The translations under genes were made by a program, and so were the position numbers. DNA of 64,000 nt from Octopus sinensis (Eukaryota). Below the pieces are notes generated by a model. That model saw only the letters and a list, made by a program, of their open reading frames with translations. It was not told the origin of the DNA and made no database searches. The stretch's first letter is position 1, and each line of letters opens with the position of its first letter. Shown here piece after piece: positions 13,135 through 25,109 of the stretch. The stretch covers positions 19,778,001 through 19,842,000 of the forward strand of contig NC_043000.1 in the NCBI RefSeq assembly GCF_006345805.1, in the 5' to 3' direction.

Positions 13135-15639
13135 GGTAGAATTACAAGTCACATAAACTATAAAGGAAAGATTGGGATGGGGGTGTTCGGACCTGTCCAA
13201 ACTGATTTGGCTGATGCTTTGGCCTCTCACCTTCCCTACCGAGAGAGACTCTGTCTCCATCCTGTAGTGATGGTGTATTCTCTCGTGTTAGCATTCACTC
13301 TGCTATAGCGATAAAGTCTTGGTGCTATTTACATTCTAGTTCTGGTAGCATCATCTATAATTACACAACAGTTTTCCAGCTGCCTGTTATATTTATATAA
13401 TTCCTCCTCCTCCCCCTACACCCCACTCCTCTTGCTGCTTCTCAGTCCCTCTGTTGACAACCTAGCTTAAGCAATACATCTGCTTCCACTTACCCTCAAC
13501 CACCACAACTCTTATTCAGTATTTCACTATATGAATCAATCGGTACAACTTAACTACCTCCCGTAGGTGCCTACAATATCTTAGGTAGTGTAACTCGCCA
13601 AGTTTCTGAGTGTGTAGGAGACAAATTTAGCCAACCAGACTGCCTACAATGGGTGCTGGCAGAACTCCGGTTAATGTAGTATTGAATTACTGGGTGCCCT
13701 ACCTTCACCACCACCCTGGCATCTTATATACATAGCAACTAACTCCATGTCAACACAAGCGTTTTTGTTTCCCTGTACATAACCCCTGTCGTATAGAACT
13801 GATCCATCATTTTCACTCCATTCCATGTCCTCTATGGTAACGTCTATCACAGCCACATAGAATTGTATCAGGATGTAAGCAACTGAAATGTGCAGCTTTG
13901 CACAACAGATTTTAGTCAGCTGTTGAACAAGTAAGGATGGGACCCAGGTAAGCAAAGAGATTGTGGTTTGACAACTTTCCTACCCACATTCCAACCTCAA
14001 CAGGGATCGGCAGATTTTTTTTTTTTTTTTTAATCTACATGAAAGTTAATTTTATACACTGAGCTGGCAGTTGAAATGAAACCGTTGGCTTGGGTGAGAA
14101 ATGTAGACGGATTTTTTTTTAATCAACTCACTGCAAATCTGAGATGAAATTGTTGCTGAGAAACTAGTAAACCATTTGTTCACACCCGGCCACATGTTGG
14201 TCTATTAACTTAGATGGGGGAGATAACTGGTTTTATATGAAAAACTAATGGTTTTCAAATAACAAGACATGAGTTATGAAGATCATGTTAACAGACCTAA
14301 ATTCAACAAAGAACTCAAATTTTCCAAGAAAAGTATAAGTGATTGAATCAACTCTATCCTTTATGCCACTTTAGTAGCAAAAAAAAAAAACGGCCAAATC
14401 CTTATTAAATTATAATGTACGATCTTTAAAAACCGAATGAAATATCAGATAATGTGGTCCTGGATAAAAGTGGATGTCCTGGCTATATGTCTGGATACTT
14501 TGATCAGCATTGATCTGATGTAAAACAAATGCGGTGAGATTGAACTGTGACAAGACTAAATACAGCTAAGCAACAGTACCATACCTATTATTTCTCTTAT
14601 TCTTAAAATAATTCATCATACTGGTATACAAAATACTACAAGTCATTTAGTCCAAGAAATCTACAATTTCAGCTTTTAGATATAATGACATTTAAAAAGA
14701 AGAGTTACATAGTCGTGAATCTATTTCTTGAATCTTAGTGCTTTACCAACCCAACAAACAAAAAAAGTTTTACTAGTTGACATTTAGGTTGGTAACCATT
14801 TGATTTGGGGTCCAATCTCATTGTGCAGGTGTATTTCTATCACGGCCTTGAGTTAACGAATTCATGTGGAATTTGTTACTTCTAATGTATATACCCATAG
14901 CCACAGCTCCTGGCTGAAAATAATAGAAGATAAACATCATTTAGCATCTATTGCCCATGCTGGCATGAGGTGGATGGTTTGACCTGTGCTGCACCGGACT
15001 CCAGTCTGATTTGGCATGGTTTCTACAGCTGGATTGCCCTTCCTAATGACAGCCACTCCGAGAGTGTAATAGGTGCTTTTATGTGACACCAGTATCACTC
15101 ACATTTATTTTTGTATGTATATATATATAATACTTATTCTGAAATTGCACTCTGAATTCAAATTCTACTGGGGTGAACTTTGCTCTTCTGTCAAAAAAAG
15201 TAGCAGTGAACTATTGTAGTTGTTAGGATGTTCAATGTGATCACTTGTGAAATTCATTCCCTCTTTTTGCTTTGACTGCAATGTTCCAATGACACTATTG
15301 CCATGTTGTATCAGCCCTTGTCTTTCTTTTGGAAAAATATTTTTGCATGTGCAGTGAATACCATGCATGCTTTAGAGACTTCCCATGTGCAGATACTCAA
15401 ATGACAAAAGATATTGCTTCATGCTTGCATGGGTCATGGACCAGGCAGATTTTCTACAGCCAAATGCCCTTCTTTTGGCAATGACCTGTTTCAAAGTAAG
15501 GAAATATTTCCCCATGATCAGACTGTTTTAACAAGATCAGAAATGAAGGACTCAGCTTGCATGACTGACACTCATTTACAACTTCGTCAAGGCAAGGAGA
15601 CAGCAACACACCCAGGCATATATGATGGACTTTCACAGT

Positions 15640-16315
15640 TTCCATTGAGCAAATCCACTCACAAGGCCTTGATCAGCGGGTGACACTTGCCCAAGATGCC
15701 AGTAGTGGGACTGAACCCACAACCATGTATTTGGAAGAAACTTCTTACCGCACATTCATGTCTGACATATAGATACACACACCCAAAAATTATTCTTTTA
15801 TTTGTTTCAGTCATTTGACTGCAGCCATGCTGGAGCACTACTTTAGTCAAATAATTTGACCCCAGGACTTATTTTTTGTAAGCCTAGTACTTATTCTATC
15901 AATCTCTTTTGCCAAACGAAGTTACTGGGATGTAAACACACCAACATAGGGTGGGAACAAAATACAACAGGCTTCCTTCAATTTCCATCTACCAAATCCA
16001 CTCCCAAGGCTATAATAGAAGACACTTGGCCAAAGTGCTACACAGTGGGACTGAACCTGAGAAGCAAGCTTCTTACCACACAGCCACGCCTGTGCCTATG
16101 TCCATATATATAGGTGCAGGTGTGACTGGTAAGAAGCTTGCTTCCCAACCACATAGCTCTGAGTTCAGTCCCACTGCTTACCACCTTGTACAAGTATCTT
16201 CTACAGCCCCAGGTCAACCAAAGCCTTGTGGGTGGATTTGGTAGACAACTAAACCCTGTAAGGTGGTGCCCCAGCATGGCTGCAGTTCAGTGAATAAAAC
16301 AAGAGAAAGAATAAA
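15640..16315. mobile_element. Cluster of SINE A copies (minus 15640-15760 and 15795-16095; plus 16110-16315)
   Basis: Family A motifs CAAATCCACTCACAAGG, GGGACTGAACC and GCCATGCTGGAGCAC. Confidence 0.8.
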
Positions 16316-16557
16316 GATATACACACATGAATGGGCAAGGCTTAGTGGTTAGGATAGTGAGCTCATGATCAAAAAGCTGTAGGTTCAGTTCATGGGTTGG
16401 GTTGGGCTGGACAGCAGCATGTTATGGACCTTGGGCAAAGTACTTCATTTCATTTGCACCAGTTTACTCAGTACAGGTGCAGCTCCCAGCTGTCACATCT
16501 TCAATGTTTTGCTGGGTCAAGGAATAGACAAGCTGGTGGAAATCTGCTTGTACCTTC

Positions 16558-17030
16558 TTCATCATCATCATCATCATTTAGCATCTGCTTTCCATGCTGG
16601 CATGGGTTAGACGGTTTGACTGAAACTGGTATGCTGGAGAGCTGTACCAGGTTCCAATCTTATTTGGCATGGTTTCTGCAGCCAGATGCCCTTCCTAATG
16701 CCAACTACTCCAAAAGTGTAAAGAGTGCTTTTTATGTGCCACCAGAACGGATGCCAGTTATGTAACACCAGTACCAGCCACGACTATAATTTCACTTGGC
16801 TTGACAGGTCTCCTCAAATATTGCATATCACCAAAGGTCACACTTATTGCCTTCATGAGGCCCAACATTCAAAGGGTGCTTTTTACATGACACCAGCATC
16901 AGCCACAACTACAATTTCCCTTGGCTTAACAGGTCTTTTCAAGCACTGTATATTGCCAAAGGTTTTGGTCTTTTGTCATTGCCCCCATCTAAAACAATTA
17001 GCACGGTACATGTTATTAAGCCTTACTCAT
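16558..17030 (-). mobile_element. RTE 3' UTR fragment
   Basis: (CAT)n tail and GGATGCCCTTCCTAA.GCCAAC motif. Other copies at about 14935-15095, 22519-22660, 24511-24590, 36000-36150, 40850-41070, 45962-46235, 47626-47916, 54750-54955, 56140-56330, 56402-56910 and 57549-57740. Confidence 0.85.
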
Positions 17031-17098
17031 TTGCAAGTGAAAGATGTAGAGTTTTTGGGGCACAGCCATGGAAAAACCCTCAAGTTCATCCAAATAGC

Positions 17099-17171
17099 TT
17101 ATCCGTGGTGTAGTGGTTATCACATCTGCTTTACACGCAGAAGGTCGTGAGTTCGATCTTCACCGGGACTT
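17099..17171 (+). tRNA. tRNA-Val(TAC)-derived sequence, probably a pseudogene
   Basis: D arm GTGT AGTGGTTA TCAC; perfect anticodon stem TCTGC/GCAGA with TAC at 17132-17134; T loop TTCGATC. Acceptor pairs 1-3 are mismatched and C61>T. Confidence 0.8.
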
Positions 17172-17747
17172 CTTTAAAAAAAAAAAAAAAAAGCACACTT
17201 TAAAACGGACGTTAAACGATGATGATGATGATAACATCACAACTGTGGAACTTCTTTGAATTCAAGAACCAGTCATAGAATATGACAACAAATATATTTA
17301 CCTGACAGCAAAACTGATCTCACCACCAGGAATCAAAATTGATGTTCAAGGTGACCAAGCCATTAAAAATTAAAGAATCAAAGAAAAAAAAAAACCTGCT
17401 ATTGTGTAGTTAAGGAGCTTGCTTCATTGCATGGCAAGTGTTTTCTACAATAGTCCCAGGCCAATCAAAGCCTCCTGAGTGGATTTAGTACACAGAAACT
17501 GAAAGAAGTCGGATGTAAAGATGTATATGTAAGTTGACACCACGTGATTATTGTGAACAAGTGGTCTCCATTTCCAATCTTCCATGAAGCCTTATCCTGC
17601 CATGGGGAAATATTATCTTACATGGACACAGGTGTGGGTTAGCAACAGGATGAGCATTTGGTTGTAGAAATCTGCTTCAATAAACTCCATCTGAATCATG
17701 CAAGCATGGAAAAGTAGATGATAAGATGATGAAGATTATTATTATTA

Positions 17748-18093
17748 CTAGCAGTATCGCTCGGGTTTGTTTCAACCCTTTAGAATTGGAATTTTTGAAA
17801 AGTAAAAATTTTGCATTATGTAGCTTGTTCTCTTTAAGTGAACGTTTTTCTGGTTGAAATACACTGAAAATGGCGACACAACAGTAAAAAAATCGTAAAA
17901 AATAGGGATTTTCATAGAAAAAAAGCACCTTTTTGATGTAAATAATTTTTAGTGTTAACATGGTCCAATTTGAATTTTTTTCTTCTACGAAATTTTGGTC
18001 AACTTGCATCGCAAGGTCTTGGAGGAGATAGTGTTAGTTGAAGGCTACCAAACCTGCCATACACAGACAACTTCAGCTTTATATATAGAGAGA
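17748..18093 (-). mobile_element. Non-autonomous Helitron-like element
   Basis: On minus: A^TCTCTCTATATATAAAG ... CCCGAGCGATACTG-CTAG^T; TC/CTAG ends in an AT target, no TSD. Confidence 0.7.
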
Positions 18094-18100
18094 TATATAC

Positions 18101-18465
18101 ATAGGCACAGGCGTGGCTGTGTGGTAAGAAGCTTGCTTCCCAACCACATGGTTCCAGGTTCAGTCCCACTGTGTGGCACCTTGGGTAAGTGTCTTCTACT
18201 ATAGTCTAGGGCCAACCAAAGCCTTGTGAGTGGATTTGGTAGATGGAAACTGAAAGAACCCCTTCATCTATGTTTGTACCTCCGCCATGGCAACCAATGC
18301 TGATGTGTTTATGCCCCCGTAACTTAGTGGTTTGGCAAAGGAGACTGATAGAATAAGCACTAGGCTTACAAAGAATAGGTCCTAGGGTTGATTTCTTTGA
18401 CTAAAACCCATTAAGGCAGTCCTCCAGCTTGGTCGCTGTCAAATGACTGAAACATGTAAAAGAAT
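18101..18465 (+). mobile_element. SINE family A, older copy
   Basis: Same head, body and tail, more diverged; tail-to-tail with the 18527 copy. Confidence 0.85.
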
Positions 18466-18526
18466 ATGAGGGGTATTTATGTGTCAATGGCTTTTGTCAT
18501 GTTATAAGTCATATTGATATATATAT

Positions 18527-18916
18527 ACTCGTTTACTTGTTTCAGTCATTTGACTGCGGCCATGCTGGAGCACCGCTTTTAGTCGAGCAAATCGACCCCG
18601 GGACTTATTCTTTGTAAGCCCAGTACTTATTCTATCGGTCTCTTTTTGCCGAACCGCTAAGTGACGGGGACGTAAACACACCAGCATCGGTTGTCAAGCA
18701 ATGCTAGAGGGACAAACACAGACACACACACATACATATATATACATATATACGACAGGCTTCTTTCAGTTTCCGTCTACCAAATCCACTCACAAGGCTT
18801 TGGTCGGCCCGAGGCTATAGCAGAAGACACTTGCCCAAGATGCCACCCAGTGGGACTGAACCCGGAAGCATGTGGTTGGTTAGCAAGCTACTTACCACAC
18901 AGCCACTCCTGCGCCT
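18527..18916 (-). mobile_element. SINE family A, full length
   Basis: Reverse complement of the 37091 copy. Confidence 0.9.
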
Positions 18917-19599
18917 ATATATATATGTGTGTGTGTGTATTTTGACAAATCTGAGAAATACTGAAAACTGGGTGATTTCTGAACAAAATCCTCTGTTCCT
19001 GTTTGTTCTGTACTGAGTTACACAAACATTCTTACTGTCGGAAATGCAATGATTTGTTTACCAATTGCACTATAATGTAAATAATAGCAAAATACTATAC
19101 TAATTCAGTCTTTTGCTGTATATTATTTGGAGTTTATTGAATCTACTCCAGTCCTTAACCGGTAGATATATTGTGTGCTGTCATTTGACCCACTGAAGGC
19201 GTATACTAGTGAAATTTGAACTCAAACTGTAATGAAAAACCACAATGCATTTATTCCAGCGCTCTACTAATTCTGTTGTCCGGTGTCCTCTTAATAATAA
19301 ATAACTCTCTATATGGTTACTCAAACTGCTAGAAATAGCAGCCAAATTTCACTTACCTCACTGTCTTAAAGAGAAAGAACTTATTGGATAATATGGTCCA
19401 AAGGATGCTGTGGCTGTAAATAAAGATTGGATGGTCATGGCTAGAATATCTATGATCAAAGACCTGCTCATTTGAGAGTTAGCTTGGGGTTAAGCAACAC
19501 CATAATGAAAATAATAAATATGTGGTAACAGAATCACAACTTTGATTGCTAATAAGGTTTGGCTGTAGGCAAAAATATACTGATACAGGTGCAGTGCAT

Positions 19600-19830
19600 T
19601 CGCCATTCAGGTATCCCTGCTCTACTCCTCTACACTTTTTGTCAACCTTGTTACATCTACTAACACCACTCAACTCCCACAGACACACACACACTAACCA
19701 CTATGCCTCATTCTTCTTTACCAGAGCATCGACCCTCTGGAATCTCCTCCCTGCAGATTTTGACGACATCACTCACAGGCTCTGAAGGGCCTGCAAAGAT
19801 CATGGACACTGCCCCTTCCTCCAGACTCAG
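19600..19830 (+). mobile_element. Decayed CR1/L2-like LINE 3' fragment
   Basis: HTNHYASFFFTRASTLWNLLPADF resembles the C-terminal S-FF-R---LWN-LP motif. Confidence 0.55.
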
Positions 19831-19856
19831 CAGGTTAAAAAAAAGTATACTAGTAT

Positions 19857-20635
19857 AGGTACAAGTGTGGCTGTGCAGTTAGAAGCTCGCTTCCTAACCA
19901 CATGGTTCCAGGTTCAGTCCACTGTGTGGCACCTTGGACAAGTGTCTTCTGCTATAGCCTCAGGACGACCAAAGCTTTGTGAGTGGATTTGGTGGACAGA
20001 AACTGAAAGAAGTTTGTCTTATATATAGGCACAGGAGTAGCAATGTGGTAAGTAGCTTGCTAACCAACCACATGGTTCTGGGTTCAGTCCCACTGGGTGG
20101 CATCTTGGGCAAGTGTCTTCTGCTATAGCCCCGGGCCAACCAATGCCTTGTGAGTGGATTTGGTAGACGGAAACTGAAAGAAGCCTGTCTTATATATGTA
20201 TGTTTTTGTGTCTGTGTTTGATCCCCTAGCATTGCTTGACAACCGATGCTGGTGTGTTTACGTCCCCGTCACTTAGCGGTTCGGCAAAAAGAGACCGATA
20301 GAATAAGTACTGGGCTTACAAAGAATAAGTCTCGGGGTCGATTTGCTCACTAAAAGCGGTGCTCCAGCATGCCGCAGTCAAATGACTGAAACAAATAAAA
20401 GAAAAAAGAAAAAATATGTGTGTGTGTGAGTTTGTCTTGGTTAGTGAATTTGTCCTCCGCCACTATTTGACAACTGGCATTGGTGTGTTTACATCCCTGT
20501 AACTTGGCAGTTCAGCAAAAGAGATGATAGAATAAATGCCAGACTAAAAGAAAAGTACTGGGGTTGATTCCTTCAATTAAAAAAATTTCCAAGGTGGTAC
20601 CCCAACATGGCTACAGTCCAAAGGCTAAAACAAGT
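19857..20635 (+). mobile_element. SINE A nested in SINE A
   Basis: Host head 19857-20027, young copy about 20028-20410, host tail 20415-20635. Confidence 0.8.
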
Positions 20636-21155
20636 AAAAATTAAAAGATATATGATCTGTGCATTCATCGTCATACTGCAAAGAAGTACATCACCAGAAA
20701 TTGATGTGAGTGCATCATCAGATGAAAATATTCAGTGGAAGCAAGAAACTAAATCTTCTGATTCAAGTAGAAGCAATGATCTGTTGTTTAGTGGCAAGGT
20801 TGACTCATTTTTTTTCAGCAGTCCTATGATGAAAAGCATTCCAGCTGTGACCACCCCAGATTACATTATGTGTTCTCTTTCAAGATGGTAGGTATAATTT
20901 GACCAAGGTTTGGGTATTAATTATAGCAGATTGTGCAACTATGTAGATGCCAGATTGATGACAATGATGTAGTAAGTAAAAAAGAAAACACCCAATAAAA
21001 AACATTAAACAGTCTAAAACATTTTTCTCCCCCTATTTTTGGTTCAAATCCTGCCAGTACTACTATCATTCTAGGTTATATTCAATTCAAAATCTAAATC
21101 TAAGTGGATTGTTCTTACTCCATATCATTTGGAGCTTCCCTCCATCAGTGTATAC

Positions 21156-21186
<31 letters not shown>

Positions 21187-21189
21187 TAT

Positions 21190-21590
21190 CTTTAATCTTT
21201 CGCTTGTTTCAGTTGTTTGACCATGGCCATACTGGAGCACTACCTTGAAGGGTTTTAGAATCAAGGAAATAAACCCTAAGACTTTTTTCTTTTTTGAAGC
21301 CTAGTACTTATTCTATCAGTCACTTTTGCTAAACCACTAAGTTATGGAGGACATAAATACACCAACACCTGTTGTCAAGCAGTGTGTTGGGGGGGGGGGC
21401 AAACACAGAAACACATACACATAGATATAAACATATGTAATATATATATATGACAGGCTACTCTCAGTTTCCATTTACCAAATCCACTTACAAGGCTTTG
21501 GCCAGCCACAAGCAAGGTGTCATGCAGTGGGACTGAACCCAAAACCATGTGGTTGAGAAGCAAGCTTCTTACCACACAGCCATACCTATA
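21190..21590 (-). mobile_element. SINE family A
   Basis: Diverged full-length copy. Confidence 0.8.
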
Positions 21591-22125
21591 TATATAAAAG
21601 GTCAGCAATTGGCTATGCAGGCAAGTATCCTTACCTTCAGTTTGCCACCAGTTTTCCTAAGGAAGGACAAGAACTATAGCTCAGATCCTTCACAAATATT
21701 TCCAAACAGATATCAGAAGGTATTCCATTCAGCATTCTAACAATTCCACTAACCTACTAGTCCCAAAAAAGATCTTTGACAAAATGAAACCGACCTTGGT
21801 ATAAGGGCTAACTAGGTAGGACACTTATTTGTATTGTATAAGTATTTGCTATGAACACAAAGCAGTACAAGTGACAACACAAATCAGTGACTTTCCAGCT
21901 GAGAAGGTTAACTCATTGCCTTTTCATCTGAAAAACTCAACCCAAATGTTTATAGTTAGTCAATGCCGAAGCTGGGATCTAACTAGTGTTCTTTGCTTGT
22001 CTTGCTTTTTAATCCTCTTGTGACATCAAATATGTGCAGAAATGGTAGACAGCAACTTTAGCAAAAAAACACTTCCTTCAGATTTAAAAAAATGTATCAA
22101 GAGAGGTATGGCCCACTGCTGACAG

Positions 22126-22149
<24 letters not shown>

Positions 22150-22156
<7 letters not shown>

Positions 22157-22520
22157 AGGATAATATCGATATTTAAATATCGATATTATCAAGTGGCCAG
22201 CATGGGAAAAAATACCATACAAAGGTAATCATTTTTTACAACTAAAAATAAGGGTGTCTGATAGACACCACCATGCCGAAATAGCAGTCAAATCTCATGG
22301 TGCGATATGAACATTTAACATGGTTTTTAGAGTCAGGGATTTGACTGCTATTTCGGCATGGTGGTTTCTATCAGACACCCTTATTTTTAGTTATATATTT
22401 ATATATATATATATATATATAAAGTTAATCCAAACATGAAAACAAAAAGAGAAAACACAACAATGCAAGGACGTACGTGGAACAAGTATAGTGTTATTGG
22501 ACACTCAGGAAAGAAAACGG
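22150..22520. repeat. Penelope-like termini in (TA)n with a 32-bp palindrome and a 55-bp inverted repeat
   Basis: Palindrome 22159-22190; arms 22240-22294 and 22338-22392 (1 mismatch). Confidence 0.6.
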
Positions 22521-22908
22521 AGTGGTTGGCGTTAGGAAGGGCATCCAGCTGTAGAAACACTGCCAGATCTGACTGGCCTGGTGCAGCCTTCGGGCTCCTC
22601 AGACCCCAGTTGAACCGTCCAACCCATGCTAGCATGGAAAGCGGACGTTAAAGGATGAGGATATATAGATAGATAGACAGATATGTGTGTGTGTCTGTGG
22701 GTGCATATGAATATGTGTATATCTAACTATCTATATATGTGTATATGTGTATAAGTCATCTTAGAGTCTATGAGTCAAGGAAAAATGCACTCATATATCT
22801 ATCAATAGAGTATATTATCTGAAGTGAAACCTAGCGTGAAACCGATTGGTAAGATCGGCTGTAATGGATCTATAATACTGTACACTTCGAATAATATATA
22901 TGGGGTGG

Positions 22909-23097
22909 GGGGACACATGGCCTAGTGGTTCAGGCATTGGACACATGATTCTAAGATTGTGATTTTGACTCCTGAACTGGGCGATGCGTTGTGAGTAAAT
23001 CCTGCAATGGACCAACATCCCATCCAGGGGGGAATATATGCACCACAGAAACCTAGGAACTGGCCCTATGAGTCGGTATGCTCAGGAAGGACCTTTT
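22909..23097 (+). mobile_element. tRNA-head SINE (family D, internally deleted)
   Basis: A/B-box-like head and tail shared with the 48267-48781 copies. Confidence 0.7.
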
Positions 23098-23124
23098 ATG
23101 TATAGATGTGCATATATTAGTTAT

Positions 23125-23522
23125 CATTAACTTCTTTCAGTCATTTTTAACTGTGACCATGCTGGGGCACTGCTTTGAAAGGTTTTAGTTGAACAAATCA
23201 ACCCCAGGACTTGTTTTTTTATCAGTCTCTTTTGCTGAACCACTAGGTTATAGGGATGTAAACACACCAACACCGATTGTTGAGCAGTGGCGGGCGGACA
23301 AACACAGACACAAAGACATGCACAAATAGATATATACATATATATATGTGTGTGTATATGACAGGCTTCTTTCAGTTTCCATCTACTATATCCACTCACA
23401 AGGCTTTGATCAGCCTGAGATGGCAGTAGAACACACTTGCTCATGGTGCCACAGAGCAGGACTGAACCTGGGACCATGTAGCTGAGAAGCAAGCTTGTTA
23501 CCACACAGCCACGCCTGCACCT
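23125..23522 (-). mobile_element. SINE family A
   Basis: Diverged full-length copy. Confidence 0.8.
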
Positions 23523-23634
23523 ATATATATCTGATGTGTGGTAGAGGCAATGTTGATTGAATGGAGGGAGTGACTTAGCTAATGTGCAGCGCAAACATTC
23601 GATCACTATAAACAAGTCATTTGTGCAGGTTGTT

Positions 23635-23766
23635 CTGCAATAAGTTGCTGTCATTTACGACAGGAAAGCCAATCACTATCTGCCTGCCTGTCTCTTTCTG
23701 TCTATCTATATATATATGTATATGTAAATATACATATGTATATATGTGTGTGTCTGTGTGTGTGTA

Positions 23767-23812
<46 letters not shown>

Positions 23813-23874
23813 TATAAATATTTATATATACATATATATATATATATATATTATATATACATATACATCTATAC

Positions 23875-23905
<31 letters not shown>

Positions 23906-23932
23906 TATATGAATATATGCATTTATACATAC

Positions 23933-23967
<35 letters not shown>

Positions 23968-23971
23968 GATA

Positions 23972-24031
<60 letters not shown>

Positions 24032-24094
24032 CTATATATATATATATAACATATATATATATAATATATATATATATATATACATATATATATA

Positions 24095-24135
<41 letters not shown>

Positions 24136-24146
24136 TATATATATAT

Positions 24147-24190
<44 letters not shown>

Positions 24191-24192
24191 TA

Positions 24193-24271
<79 letters not shown>

Positions 24272-24510
24272 ATATACATATACATATATATATATATATA
24301 TGTATATATAGATATACATACATATATACATATATATATGAATATATACATTTATACATACATATATATATATATGTATATATACATATAGATAGATAGA
24401 TATATACATATGTATATTTACATATACATATATATATAGATAGACAGAAAGAGACAGACAGATAGCTAGTGATTGGCTTTCCTGTCGTAAATGACAGCAG
24501 CTTATTGCAG
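23635..24510. repeat. Quasi-palindrome: ~110-bp inverted arms around ~650 bp of (TA)n-rich sequence
   Basis: Arms 23635-23745 and 24401-24510 are near-identical in reverse complement. Confidence 0.9.
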
Positions 24511-24603
24511 CTAGCATGGGTTGGACGGTTCAACTGGGGTCTGGGAGGCCAGAAGGCTGCACCAGGCCCAGTCTGATCTGGCAATGTTTCTATATATATT
24601 CAG

Positions 24604-24940
24604 AGACCCCCTTCGGTCACGACACAGACCATGGGATTGCACCTAGAAAGTTACCCTCCTAGACACAAGTCCGGGCGAGGTTGTTTATGGAAGACCAGCA
24701 GTCGCCCATGCATACCAGCCTCCCCTCTCCACGCCACCAGTGTTATCCAAGGGAAAGACAAAGGTCGATACAGCTTGGCACCAGTGACGTCGCAACTCAT
24801 TTCTACAGCTGAGTGAACTGGAGCAACGTGAAATAAAGTGCCTTGCTCAAGAACACAACATGCAGCCCGGTCCGGGATTCGAGCTCACAACCTCACGATC
24901 GTAAGCTCGACGCTCTAACCACTGAGCCATGTGCCTTCAC
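24604..24940 (-). mobile_element. tRNA-head SINE family E (V-SINE-like TGTGTTCTTGAGCAAG motif)
   Basis: Young copy; paralogues at 32272-32581 and 60559-60895, both minus. Confidence 0.85.
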
Positions 24941-24944
24941 ATTA

Positions 24945-25100
<156 letters not shown>

Positions 25101-25109
25101 TATGTGTGT

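Noticed and set aside
13108-13955. ORFs and a strong + donor (CAG|gtaagc at 13947) in unique DNA
   Set aside because: All frames from plausible acceptors contain stops; no family recognised.
17099-17171. Functional tRNA-Val gene
   Set aside because: Three acceptor-stem mismatches, loss of invariant C61 and no T4 terminator.
20607-20891. 94-aa Ser/Asp-rich ORF
   Set aside because: Starts in a SINE tail and ends in another repeat; no recognisable homology or convincing splice pair.
22250-22385. Hammerhead-like CTGATAG...GAAA...TC in the inverted repeat
   Set aside because: The core deviates (CTGATAG), stem II cannot form and stem I is mismatched.
23706-24584. 292-aa ORF and the many other YI/CV/HT-rich ORFs
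   Set aside because: Stop-free frames of (TA)n, (CA)n and (TATG)n microsatellites, not proteins.
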